Shown in pieces: positions 11,710 to 24,600 of a stretch of 64,000 bases of DNA. The notes beneath the pieces were generated by a model. That model had not been told where the DNA came from, searched no databases, and was given only the letters and a program-made list of their open reading frames with translations. Position numbers and translations under genes: made by a program. Source of the stretch: Antedon mediterranea (lineage: Eukaryota; Animalia; Echinodermata); NCBI RefSeq assembly GCF_964355755.1, contig NC_092678.1, positions 4,480,422 through 4,544,421 of the forward strand, written 5' to 3'. How positions within the stretch are numbered: the stretch's first letter is position 1; each line of letters begins with the position of its first letter.

Positions 11710-14700
11710 ATGAACGAAGGGTGGTTAGAATTAGAGAGTGATCCAGGTAAGAATAGTTTATTGATAATAATTGATAAACCTGGTAATTATTTATTTAAGG
11801 CTAGGCCTAGGCCTAGGCCTAGGCCTAGGCCTAGGCCTAGGCTAGCCTAGCTAGCTAGCTAGCTGGCTATATATGCCTAGGCTAGTAGGGCCTAGGCTAG
11901 GCCTAGCTAGATAGAGGCCTAGGAATAGAAGGCCTAAACTAGGGAATTACCAGCGCGCCTAGGCCAAGCTAGGCTAGGCCTCCAGAGGGCTAGATTAAAT
12001 TTGAGGAGATATTTAGGCTCTTGCTAGCCTAAGCCCATTTAGCCTAGGACTAGGCCTAGGTCTAGGCTAGTAGAAAGTAGGCCCTCTTTAACTAAAAAAT
12101 TATGCAAATGTATAGACTATAGATAGGCCTATATATATCCAATAAATTAGAGTAGGGTTTATCGCAGATAGCGTGTGCAACGCATAAATAGGAAGGGTTT
12201 GGGAGCAAATGTCACAGCGCGTACGTGCATGATTTGTTGTTTGTCTGTAGTACGCGTTGTGACGTTTGCTCCCAATGCATTGTGCAATGACGTTCCTCGC
12301 GAAATTAAGCTATTGGGCAACAACAGCTTTTTGCCGCATTTGCTGCACATATTGAAATTGTGCAAGATTTTTCCACAATTGTTGGTGAGATATAACTGAT
12401 TGGGTCGCCAACAAGCCGCCATTGATTTTTATGAAACCAGTGCATCTTTTATCACGTTTTGTTTATTGTTTATTGATTACTGCACTCGTGGCTATCAAAC
12501 AACATGACACTGAGCTTAGCTTGCCAAGATATGCTCTCGTAACAGACTTTGGTCTGCTGTTTGGCCACACGTTGTATAGTGTTTATTGCTATTCAATTGT
12601 ATTGATGTTTTAGACCCTCAAGTTGGCGTTCCATAGATAATAAAAATTGATTAACTTAACTATAATAATAAATAAATACTATGAAATGTTTTTTTTTCAG
12701 GATTATTTACTTTGTTGGTGGAAGAATTTGGTAAGATTTTGTGTCATCATTCATATTGATATTGTTACCATCATCATCCATACTGTGACAGAATATAAGC
12801 AACAATTTTGTTGATCAAATTGATAGAACATTCAATTCATTATTAGATAGCATATTTACAATGCAAATTAATGTAGAGAAGTTCTTTTAGTTTTTTTATT
12901 GCTTGTTTCCAGGTGTCAAAGGTGTCCAAGTTGAAGAAATTTATGATCTTCAAAAAGCAATTGAAGGCCCCGTCTACGGGTTTATCTTCCTCTTCAAATG
13001 GATTGAAGAACGACGAGCACGTCGCAAGATGCAGCCATCTTTCAGCGAAGTTCCTGTTGGAGATGATTCAATTATCAACAACATGTTCTTTGCTCAGCAG
13101 GTAATATTGCTCACTACTTGTATGTATTAATTCCATGATCGCCTATTTCAAATCCAAAAGTTTCATAAGAAAATTCTAAAATTACTTCCTACCCTGTAAA
13201 ATGCATGCACACCGTTATGTTCAAATTATTATGTTCAATTAAAAAAATTACTGTAATAATGATGTTTTCTTTTTTTTACAGATTGTTCCTAATTCTTGCG
13301 CAACACATGCACTTCTGAGCATTTTATTGAACTGTTCAAACCTTTCGCTTGGGCAAATGCTAACTCAATTTAAAGATTATACTCGTAATTTTAGTCCTGA
13401 GGTTTGTAAAAAATTATGTTTTTTTTTTACGCAAGAACTAGAGAATTGTTAAATTGTGAATCTTCAACAATAAAGCCACAGAATAACTAAATAATAAAAT
13501 GTAATATTCATCTGTGTATAAATTCAATTTTAAAGCATATGTTTTGTTGTGTCATAGAACAAAGGGTACACCATAGGCAATATGCCCGACCTTGCCAAAA
13601 TACACAACAGACATGCAAAGCCAGAACCACGACACCTGACAGAGAAACAAACGGGCGTGACATCAGGGCGCACTAAAGAAACGTTTCATTTTGTTAGCTA
13701 CCTACCGATTGGTGATAGACTTTATGAACTAGATGGACTCAAACCATATCCAATAGACCACGGTGAGTCTACTCATCTACATTTTGTAATTCTTTTTTTT
13801 AAAACTTCCTTAAGCTATGTCTACGCTATCAAACTAGTTTGACAAAAAGAGTGTGATGTGCCCAAATATGGTAGTGATATTCCCCAATATAGTAGTGATA
13901 TGACATCATCATGTCCATATATGGGCACATCACATTTTTTTGTCACGTAAAGTTTGATAGTGACAGACAGACTTATATAAAATGCAAAGTTGAACATTAT
14001 TGTAATACAATCTAACAGTCATGTTATATACTATGCCAAATCTTAATAATTCAATTATCTTACTTTGCTTATATTTTAGGTTTAATTTCTGACAAAGAAG
14101 ATTGGACGGAGAAGTTCAGAAAAGTAATTTCTGAGCGACTGGATAGTGGCGGGTAAATATATTATATGTATAATTGTAAACATCTGTGCAGGGCCGGGGT
14201 GGTTTGTTTAAGTTGTTTAGTGGAACCATACCCTCGAATTTTTTTTTTCTCTAGATGGCCGCAAATCGCATTTCCGGCTAATCTCTTGTGTTTCTGAACT
14301 ATATAATTTGGTGTAATTTCTTCACTATTTATAGAGCGTCATATGCCATTTTTGAAGAATGCGACACCCCCAGACATCCGGATGAAAGTAAAAAAAAAAG
14401 GGAGGCCCAGCGGAACCCCCCCCCCCCCCCTTCCTGGTTATGGCCCTGCAGTGTATAATAACATGTATTTTGTACTTCCACTGCTAACTGTTTTGTTCTT
14501 TGTTCTCTAGCTGTGACATTCGATTCAACTTGATGGCTGTCGTAGGGGACAGACGTCAAGCCTACGAACAGAAGCTAATCACTTTGGGAACCAATCGACA
14601 AATAATATTGGAAGCTCTCCAACAGGTAAATCCCATAAAACTAAGTAAATTAACACTAGATCAACAACACTAAGTAAATTAACACTAGATCAACAACACT

Positions 14701-17162
14701 AAATAAATTAACACTAGATCAACAACACTAAGTAAATTAACACTAACGATATTTTCAGTTATTTAGTTAGTTGCAAAGGCATATTTATTGTTTTTATTTA
14801 TATTGTAGTTGGTGAGAGCTACACAACCTCATGTTACATCACAGAGAAGTCCTGGTAGAGGTCACAGCCCTAGAGGCGGTAGTACAAGGCATACCCCTAC
14901 TGCAAAAGTAGAACAGCCCTCTCAACAAGTTTCTCAAAAGTCAAATGTAGGAACAGAACATAAAAAGAGTTCAAGTAGGAAAAAAATGAAGAAAAAGAAA
15001 TTGGAGAAGGAAAAACCAGTTATTATACCCTTAGTCTACAAGTAAGAAATCAAAATAATTTTATCTCTTAAAGAAAAGTCTAGTATTTTAGAAATTGTCT
15101 GGCTTTATGGGTGTAGAGTTTGGGAAGAGTGTCCGGTGTTATGGGTCAATTTGTGTCAGGAAGAGTGTCCGGTGTTATGGGTCAATTTGTGTCAGGAAGA
15201 GTGTCCGGTGTTATGGGTATACAGTTTGTGTCAGGAAGAGTGTCCATATTGGTGTCCAATTTGAAAGGGTTGACCGTGAAATATTTATTCTTTTCTTTTT
15301 AAGATTACCTGCAGCACTGGACTCGCACAACTACGCAAAATCGCCGATGTCAGAAACAACCCAAACAGATTCTGATGAGATAGAATGTTTAGAAGACACT
15401 GATTCTGACAACAGTGATTTAGAAAGTCGGCCAACTAATACATCAACGCCAATGATCGTCTTGGAACACAGCCATCCAAAAGTACATCCACATGATCACC
15501 TATTGACTCTAGCTACTTCTGATAAATCAATTAAAATGGAAACAGAACGGAAAGTGCCGTCTGTGACATTTAAAATTGAACAGGATTCTAAACAACAATC
15601 TGACGAATCTGGAAATTTATTGAAGCCGTTGTCCGTGCAGACTTCATTCTCGCAAAACGTTCCTTCTCCATCGTCGAGTAACTACAGCACTGACACGGCA
15701 TCGGAGGTCGGAAGTGCATTTAATTCTCCGCTTCGTTCCACGAACCATTCAAGATCTTGCAGTCCTGATTCATTGAAAGTGATAAAGTTTCAGCAATGGA
15801 AGGTAGGAGTCAGCCAAGAAGCTTACCATCAATCAACATCAGCAAAACTGTTCGGATCTAGTTTAACGAAAGATGCCGAAGATCCGCGGAAAATAGATGA
15901 ACTAAAACGACTTGCTGCTGCGCTTGACGACACACATTTCACGGATAAAAAGTCTGTATTACAGTTACACTCCGAGGCGGTTACCAAGGCAAAGCTTCTT
16001 GACACGAGGTCAAGTGATTGTGAGTCTGGAAAGAAACCAATGCCATCTCCAAGCTCTCCAGCAAGTTATCCATTCTCACCAAAGGTTAGCAATATAGTGA
16101 AGGAGCTGTAGCTGGGTGGTTAAAATGCTTGCCTTCTAATCTCAAGGTCCAGGGAGTAAAAGAGCTGTAGCTGGGTGGTTAACATGCTTGCCTTCCAATC
16201 CCAAGGTCCAGGGAGTAAAAGAGGTGTAGCTGGGTGGTTAACATGCTTGCCTTCCAGTCTCAAGGTCCAGGGAGTAAAAGAGGTGTAGCTGGGTGGTTAA
16301 CATGCTTGCCTTCCAGTCTCAAGGTCCAGGGAGTAAAAGAGCTGTAGCTGGGTGGTTAAACATGCTTGCCTTCCAGTCTCAAGGTCCAGGGAGTAAAAGA
16401 GCTGTAGCTGGGTGGTTAACATGCTTGCCTTCCAGTCTCAAGGTCCAGGGAGTAAAGGAGCTGTAGCTGGGTGGTTAACATGCTTGACTTCCAATCTCAA
16501 GCTTCAGGGTCCAATCCTAGTCTACTTACTGTAAGACTGTTTAGACTGGCTGAGAAATGTATAAGCAAGATATAGTTTATCCATCCTCTAACCATTTGCT
16601 GTTGGATGTTTTCTGTAATATAGTGTATTAAACACTTCTATTTTGTATTCAAATTCATTCATTTATTACAGTGCACAATTTGTGGATATTACTTGCTAGT
16701 ATCATTATCCGATTCTGATACTGTAATGTTTTCTGTTGTTCTTTTAGGATTTATTAGCCTTACTAAAAAATGTAGAAGCAGAAATAACTGCAACAGAACA
16801 AAATCTTAAGGATGAGCTTGAAAAACGAAAGAAATATAAGGTAAGTTTTTAGTTCTTCTATATAAGGCGCTGTTGGTGGTTGAGTGGAGCTGCAGTTTGC
16901 TGCTTTTGACACTTGCAAACCATTGGTCATAGGTCATTTTCACAAATAACCATCCTATTTATTGCAGATTGATGATGCCAGACGAGTTCATAATTACGAC
17001 CCATTTATCTGTACGTTTTTATCAATGTTGGCGGAACAGAACAAGTTACAAAGTTTAGTAGAACAGCATACACTGGTGAAGAAGCGGCAAGGATGTAGCT
17101 TAGGTAGATTGCATAAGACACGCAAGGATAGAAGGAGACAGCGGAGTAAGAAAAAGAGATAA
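11710..17162 (+). CDS. BAP1: BRCA1-associated protein 1 (UCH-family deubiquitinase), 11 coding exons, 689 aa
   Basis: Exons 11710-11746, 12701-12730, 12913-13100, 13282-13401, 13558-13762, 14080-14152, 14511-14625, 14809-15041, 15304-16084, 16748-16840, 16968-17162. Motifs: [23 protein letters not shown], catalytic [40 protein letters not shown] (HCF-1-binding-motif region), [38 protein letters not shown] and a basic C-terminal NLS. Confidence 0.96.
11798..12130. repeat. (CTAGGC)n/(CTAG)n palindromic low-complexity tract in BAP1 intron 1
   Basis: Perfect CTAGGC run at ~11801-11842 followed by many TAGGCCTA/CTAG words. Confidence 0.85.
13810..13975. mobile_element. MITE family A copy (BAP1 intron 5)
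   Basis: AGCTATGTCTACGCTATCAAACTAGTTTGACAAA...AAGTTTGATAGTGACAGAC. Confidence 0.8.
14188..14449. mobile_element. Possible hAT-like MITE remnant
   Basis: Short inverted termini GCAGGGCC...GGCCCTGC around a GC-richer insert with a poly-C run; no clear TSD. Confidence 0.35.
14639..14746. repeat. 29-bp minisatellite, BAP1 intron 7
   Basis: About 3.6 copies of CTAAGTAAATTAACACTAGATCAACAACA. Confidence 0.85.
15123..15250. repeat. 36-bp minisatellite, BAP1 intron 8
   Basis: About 3.5 copies of GGAAGAGTGTCCGGTGTTATGGGTCAATTTGTGTCA. Confidence 0.85.
16103..16522 (+). repeat. 59-bp tandem array (7 copies) of a tRNA-derived/SINE-head-like unit, BAP1 intron 9
   Basis: Unit GAGCTGTAGCTGGGTGGTTAACATGCTTGCCTTCCAGTCTCAAGGTCCAGGGAGTAAAA has an A-box-like TAGCTGGGTGG and an anticodon-arm-like CTTCCAA; only the last copy continues into a B-box-like GGTCCAATCC. 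Confidence 0.8.
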
Positions 17163-18128
17163 AAAGAAAGAGAGCAATCAGTCAAATATATCGTGCTATG
17201 CGCTCTATTGAGCTTTGTCCAATTAAATATTCTTCCATTGAAAGACTAATATGGACTTTAATTGATAGAAAATACTGTATGAATAAATAGAGTATAAAAA
17301 CTGGTAAAGAATATGATATCAGTATTTTAACGAAACTGCTAAATGCGTGTAGTAAGTACATATACACATTTATGTATAATAAATAAATATTAACGATAAT
17401 AAAGTGTCATTTTCTTTTATAAAAGTTGTATGTAATGTAATAATAAGTATTTGCTCTTAGTTCGTGTAATTTAAAATAAATAAATGATAAATCCAAATGA
17501 TTAATTATAGGGTGGCTTTTTGACGATTTTCTGGCAATTTCACAATGTGACAAGTTGGCGATAGAGGGCGGCACATAATTGGTAAACAATTTACAAAATG
17601 GAGGATCGTACAGGAAATCGAATAAATTATGATTAATAAATGTTAATTTTGCCTTGTAAATAGTACTCAAATGCTATTGTAATCAATATATAATATATTT
17701 TATGATTTGGTAAGTATAAATAACTAATTTTTGCTTTATTTTGTTGTAGATAGGCCTAATAATAAACATATTTTGCTTCACGACTATTGTGATTAGCCAA
17801 GCGAAGCCCTCTGCTGGGTTGTTTACAGTCGCTTAGCGAAGCAAAGCCAAAATGGCTGTGACGTGTGACATTGCTGTCAGCCTGCCTAGGAGGGGTGGAG
17901 CATGGTATGAGTCACCTTGCACTATATTACCACCCTTTTAGTTGTCCTGACATTTTACAGTGGTATTGAATGGACATTATTTTATCTGAATTTTAATCCA
18001 AAAAGTTAATTTGTAGAGTAGGCCAGCCAAAAGTACGCTAATAAATAAGTAGTAAGTAGGCTAGGTATTCATCACATTAATTTTTGGGTGTTTTTTTTGC
18101 AGATAGGGAACTACTGCTGTACAGAGCT

Positions 18129-21100
18129 ATGGATGGATATGACAAAGTAAAAGTTGTCGGTAAAGGAAGCTATGGAGAAGTGTGGTTGGTTAAACACAAA
18201 AAAGATAAAAAAAATGTAAATTTATTTAAATGAGCATAACCGTTCAAAAAAGTTATCTTATTCTTAATGTATTCTAAAAAGGGATTAGAGGAATTGTATC
18301 TCTGTATTTCTAGATAATTAAATGAAAATATAAATTATTGTATTATTTCTATTAAATCGAGATAAACTTTATTTCATCCTTTGCAGAAATTTTACATTTA
18401 ATATAGCACACCATATTTTTTTCATAATAATTTAAATTTCATCAAATAGTTGATATTGTTCTTCTTTGCAGTATGTTGTTAAAAAACTAGAGTTACGAAA
18501 TGCGTCTAAAAAGGAAAGAGTCGCTGCGGAACAAGAAGCCAAGTTGTTATCCAAACTGCGACATCCTAATATAGTATCGTACAAAGACTCGTTTGAGTCC
18601 GATGACGGACATTTATACATTGCAATGGGTTACTGCGATGGCGGTGATTTGTACAACAAATTAAAGGAACAAAAAGGTGCTGCTCTTGAAGAGAAACAAA
18701 TTGTTGAATGGTTCGTGCAAATCGCAATGGCGTTACAGGTATGTATTGTAGAATGAGCTACTTGACTGCGTACAGTGCCAAATGTGTTTTTTGTCTTACA
18801 TGCGCATAGAGCGTCGATGTGTTGTATGTCTAATGTGCGTGTAGAACGTCAGTGTTTTTTTTTTTGAAAAATATAATGCCTTCATTTTACAATTATTAGG
18901 CTCTCCCTCTTGTTTCAAATCTAGAATCTGCCACTAAATTCTCAGTACTTAAATGAGCAACATCTAACTCATCTAACTACAGACATTTTGTCTAGTTGAG
19001 AGTGCTACATAAATCGTAACCATAACCTATTTTTTATTTCTTTACTGTAGTATATGCATGAACGTAATATCTTGCATCGAGACTTGAAAACTCAAAACAT
19101 CTTTCTAACCAAGAGTAAAATTATCAAAGTTGGGGATCTTGGAATTGCAAGAGTTCTGGACAGCTGTAATGACATGGCTACGACGCTGATTGGTACACCA
19201 TACTACATGAGTCCGGAGCTGTTCTCAAATAAACCATACAATCACAAGGTAACTTGGTTTATGACACTGAATAATTTATTTAGAAAAATAAGATATATTT
19301 ACAAAATATAAAACAACAAATAAGACAAACAAGTCTTCTCTGTATTATATTGAGTGCAATTGGTTTCTCTATATTCCTATGTTTTTTGGTGCTAATAATT
19401 CTTTTGTTGTTTTTAGTCGGATGTGTGGGCATTAGGATGCTGTGTCTATGAGATGACCACGCTGAAACACGCTTTTAATGCTAAAGATATGAATTCTTTA
19501 GTTTACAAGATTCTTAGAGGGAAGGTATGAATTTGTTAATGATATTATTATTCAATTTATTTTACCCTAACACTACATTTTTTTAAAAATATGACCTTAA
19601 GACTGTTTTCCACTAGGCAAATTTATTTGCCTAAATTGAAAGTTTTTTTGTGATGTGGAAAAAAATTAAAAATGTTCACTAATGGAAAACATGCTTTAGG
19701 GACAAAGACACTGTTTGTGGTTGATTTTCATTAAAAAAAATATGTTGTAAGAGAAATTCTATCAGGACTGTGCATTCATATTAGATATATCAAATTGGGA
19801 CAATCTGACAACAGGACACTGAGTTTGCCTTGCCAAGGTCTGATCTTATGTCTGGCTGCGACAAATACCAACAGTACTGTACTGTGGACATATCCTCATC
19901 GGCGCGTGGTGTCTGTTAAGTGGCGTGGAACTGATAGTGTCACAGCCCCAGATAAACCCTTTGATCTCTGGAGCTCAGCATTCTGTTGTTAGATTGCCTT
20001 AGTATGATCAAATAAAGAATTGTAATTGCTTATTGAAACATGGAGGATACCTAGATTAAAATGATTAATTAATTTGCAGATGCCAGCGATGCCCAAGCAA
20101 TACAGCTGTGAACTGATAGATCTTATAAAAAGTATGCTACACCAAACACCTGATAAAAGGCCAACTGTTGCACGAATTCTACGCAATCAATTTATCAAAA
20201 AGCACATTGCATTATTCTTGGAAAGTACACGTGCAAGGTGAGTTATGTTTTACTTTTGTTGTATAGCATTAGTTATAGTTTTGTATATACAGTCGATTTA
20301 CCCATTAACTACATAAACATTTCATTCACTTCTGCTCTCTCATCAAAGACGTCCAAATTCCGGAGGTTCTGAATCTCATAGACGGTCATCCCGAACTGAA
20401 GTAGTAGTAAAAATCCAGGTAATTATTTTTTTAAAATTCATCCGCGAGAAACTCTCAATCTGATGCTTAAGTAGATACTGCGATATCATTCATTGTTGTA
20501 GTTTGAAAGTTATGTTTTTTGAAGGGTAATTGTGCTTCAAGGATTTTAGCTTATTTGATTGAAGATTTTTGTTGTTGCATACTTGTTGTATAAATGTTTA
20601 ACTATACATCTGCAGGAATCTGAAACACCCAGAGATGCTGAAAGTAAAAAATTAAAGGCTGCAAAGAAGAGACAAGCATCAGGATCGAAAGAAAGAAAAG
20701 AGAAAGAATCATTTGATATAGCGCCCCCACGGTCTGGATCTGGTGATGTACGTAACTATTTTTGTTCAAATAAAAATTAAAAACTGACTATTAAGTAATA
20801 AAAAGAAGTGTATCTTATTTAATCAATGGTTTTCTTGTCATAATTTCTTTATAGTAATTGTCCTTGTGTTTCATTTTAAGCAGAGTAGAGCACGCCAAGG
20901 AAGGCCACTTCCACCAGCACCTTCAAAAGCTGGAACGCCACGCAAGAGTTCAAGTTCTAAAAGCAAAATAGCGGTACAAAATAGTAAATCATCTAAGAAA
21001 TCCACATCGTCTTCATCTTCAAGTTCTGTCTCAAGTTCAATCGAGAAAAGTAGTTCACCACGAAGTCCTGAACTGGTAAGTGAAAGTGTGAGGTGCACGT

Positions 21101-23619
21101 GTATATTTATTGTCATTGACACCAGACAGGTTTAGAGCCTATGACTGTGGGATTAGTAGGCAAGCATCTTAACAACCCAGCATAACACATGGTTGTTTAA
21201 AGCACATTGATAATAATAATAATAATTCGCTGCTCTCACAGCATTTATTTGGTCCAATAAAAAATATCAGAAATTCTTTTTTGTATACTTGTTTTTAAGA
21301 ACGAATAAATATATAAGAACATTATACTTATATGATGAACAATTCTACTTAATCAGTTTTTTTTTAAATTATTGATATATATGTTTATTTTTGGATTTTT
21401 AAAATTTTAGCGTAAATCGGTAAATACAACAGCAAGGGAAAGACGTAGAGCAGAAAAGCAAAGAGAATCGCAAGAACTAGACGCACCATTATGTAAGTCA
21501 TCAAATCACTATTCAGTGCTCATATTCCTTAGAGATCCTTGCTTCATCCTAAAAGAATTAAATTATAATCAATTCTCACTTTTCAAAATGTATTTGTTGG
21601 CACAGCACACAGACGGCGGGCATCGGATGCCAAAGGTAAAGATTCCATAGATGGAGGTGAATTTAAAAAACCAGTAGAAAAGACAAAATCTGATCCTGTA
21701 AGAGTAATTGACAAAAAAACACCGAAGGATGATGACAGTTCCTCGGATGATGTTGAAGAGGATGGTAAACATAGGTAAGAATTAACAAAACACTTTATTT
21801 TATCAAGGTTAAGAAGAACTTGAAACTAACACTGGTGGTACAGATTTGAGGTGCCACCAGTGTTGGCTCAGGGCCATTGGCAGTGTTCACCATTCAATAT
21901 CTTATCTTATTGGTGATTATGGCCACTGGTATCTTCTCTAGTATACATATTAGAGTGTGTGAGTGAGTGAGTGAGTGGCCGAGCGGTTAAGACAGTGGAA
22001 CCGTAATCACGTAGCCATAACATCGGCAGGGGTTCGAGGCTCACTCACTCCATGGTTCTGGTGGTAGAACGAGTCTTCTCGGATAAGGACTATAAACCGT
22101 AGGTCCAGTGTACACAACTTGCTCGTGTGCACTTTAAAGAACTTAGTACATCTTTTGAGACGAGTAGGGGGTTACCCCGGTGTACTAGTACATCACGGCC
22201 ACTGATCACCAACTGGGCCCTCTGGGAGATCAGTCTTTGACTGAAGAGGTCACCCAGTATAAAGATAAAACAAACAAACAAACAAATATAAGATACATGA
22301 TACCATGTTAATTAGTAAAGAAAAAATGTAAGTTAAAAACATGCCCTTTCCTATTTCAGAGAGGAGAAAGAGATTAATAAGATGTCCAACCTGTTGGAGT
22401 GTACCCTGAACCTGGTAGATCAAGACGTTGACGATCGAGACTCACCAGATGCCTCTGTCTTGCCAACTCCATCTGATAATCTGGATTTCACGATGGACAT
22501 TCCAATACCTGCTGCCGCTCCAAAAGCTCCCAAGGGAATTGGTAAAGAACAGTTTAACAATTTTCCCCCTCTTCTCTATACAAGGTTTCTGTCACTCCTT
22601 CAATGTTATAACAATAATGTTAGTCTTATATAGCGCCTAATACAATGTTTCTAAGCACTTTACCCACAAAAAAATCCATAAAATATCCTAAGATGTTAAC
22701 CAAAAAAAGAAGAAGCAGAGGAACCATTTACACTGCTCCGTTCTCCAGTACTTTGAAGCTCCCATATGAGAGGTCACTGGAACAGAATTCAATGCTACAC
22801 TTTTATTTTGTTTTCTTCTTTTTTTTGGGTATAAACTTGTGTTTTAAGGAAATTCAAACAAATAATTTGAACAATTTCATTTATTACAGGCAATGATACT
22901 ATGACATCATCTGGTCGGCTGATGGATAGAATCGGTCTTTTACGTAAAGATGTTATAAATGGAATTGGTTTGAATGCATTGATGACAGCCTATGAGATAC
23001 TAGATGAATATGATGAAGATCAAGTAGAGGTTTGTATTCTTTTATTGCTGTCATCAACTACCTATGCTAATTTACACTTCTTGGTGGTTTCTGGTTTATA
23101 ACTTACTATCAAGCGTGGTTCTCACTAGCGACGCAACGCAAGGACGTAACGCAACGCAAGTGAATTGACCAATCACAAGCGATGGCTTATTCGCTTGTGA
23201 TTGCTAACTTCGCTTGTCATTGGTTAAAACGCTTGCGTTGCGTTTACGTCCTTGCGTTACGTTCTAGTGGGAACCAAGCTTCACTTACTATACTGTTTAT
23301 GAAAATGCCTCTTCACACCCAAAAACAGATGATTGAAAACTGGGATAGATAATTGCAATTTAATATTCTTTGACAGTACCAGGTGAAACTCGAACTTTGG
23401 CTCCACCCCATATCTTGTTGAGGCTTTAAAAAAAAATTTTAAAATACCTTATAAAATACAAATATATATATATAGGCAACAGATCATATAATATTACTTA
23501 AAAATGTATTCTTTATATTTCAGTTGAAGCTCACTGATTTGCTAGGGAAATCTAAATTTGATATTTATGGTGGCAAGATTTGGCAGCTGAAATTTTGTGA
23601 AGAAACGGTGTTTGGATAA
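18129..23619 (+). CDS. NEK4: NIMA-related kinase 4, 13 coding exons, ~627 aa
   Basis: Exons 18129-18215, 18472-18738, 19051-19248, 19417-19524, 20080-20237, 20349-20418, 20616-20747, 20881-21075, 21411-21492, 21606-21774, 22360-22541, 22890-23029, 23524-23619. Motifs: [96 protein letters not shown] and a C-terminal QLKFCEE. Confidence 0.93.
19597..19698. mobile_element. Degenerate PIF/Harbinger-type MITE family C remnant
   Basis: TTAAGACTGTTTTCCACTAGGCAAATTT...AATGGAAAACATGCTTTA resembles the ends of the 51928-52149 element. Confidence 0.5.
21969..22285 (+). mobile_element. tRNA-derived SINE in NEK4 intron 10
   Basis: A box TGGCCGAGCGG, B box GGTTCGAGGC, acceptor-stem-like GAGTGAG/CTCACTC, a body containing GGATAAGGACTATAAACCGTAGGTCC...GTGCACTTTAAAGAAC, and a (CAAA)n tail. 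Confidence 0.85.
23111..23281. mobile_element. Palindromic MITE family B
   Basis: AAGCGTGGTTCTCACTAGCGACGCAACGCAAGGACGTAA...TTACGTCCTTGCGTTACGTTCTAGTGGGAACCAAGCTT; degenerate relative at ~27053-27192. Confidence 0.75.
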
Positions 23620-24600
23620 GAACAGCAAGACGCTTAAATTGCAACACACATTTTAATTATTGTTAAGTCAGTATTTGCGTGCATCACAAACAAGTCTACT
23701 TTAGTATGAACTGTGATTTACAAGTTCTTTATGTATGGTAAAAGTATTGTTGTTGGCGAGTCTGAGAGGAGACCACATGTGTAACACAGTTCACTAAAAG
23801 TGGCAGTAGATAAACTTACACAACCTGTAATCAATTTCTAGATTTGGCAACACAAAGATAAAGGACTTATGCACTGAACTTAAATATTAGCACAATTAGC
23901 ATTTGTTATGCTTTGTTTTCTAACAAGGATTACCAGTGTCACTTTTATATCTGATATAACACCAAATTTGCATTTTTAAATGGTTTATCAAATTTTCTTG
24001 ACCAAAACCATCGATTTTGAAGGTCTTTAGTTCTTTTAGAGGCCTTCTTTAGGGACATTACAAACCAGTCAATAAGACTGTAATATTTCCATACTACAGT
24101 ACATTGAAAATTAGTGGTGAAACATAAAAAAACCTTGAATCCTGTATATTTATACCTTGCAGATAATATTGTGTGATTTTTTTAAAATATAAAATATATG
24201 TAAGTTGATTAAATTGTCTTGTACTGTTTTAAGCATAACGTAGATTGACTATAGAATTATAAAGAAGTATAATAAACTTATCACCTTGATATTGATTATA
24301 TATAAAATATATGTTGTCAGGAGAACTTTTGTGTGGCTAATTTTAAATAATTAAAATAACTATGCTTTGTCAAAAAAAGTGTAATTCAACTTAGATTCTT
24401 AAGTTTATTATTTCCATTTGTCTTTAAATAACTTGTTCTATAAATAAATAATTTATTATTGTATCGTGTTTGTGTGTACATTATAGTATATTCTACAATG
24501 TTTTAATAACCGAGAAAAAGCAGCTATGCTTTGATTTTACTATTTTATACCATTGCCATGTAAGCAAATAGGTTACAGGTTTGAATCCTGTCAGATAACA

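Noticed and set aside
15095-15303. N-terminal extension of the 338-aa ORF ([12 protein letters not shown] repeats)
   Set aside because: Intronic 36-bp minisatellite in frame with BAP1 exon 9, which begins at 15304.
16103-22050. Functional tRNA genes at 16460-16522 and 21969-22050
   Set aside because: No clean cloverleaf; embedded in a tandem array or SINE body.
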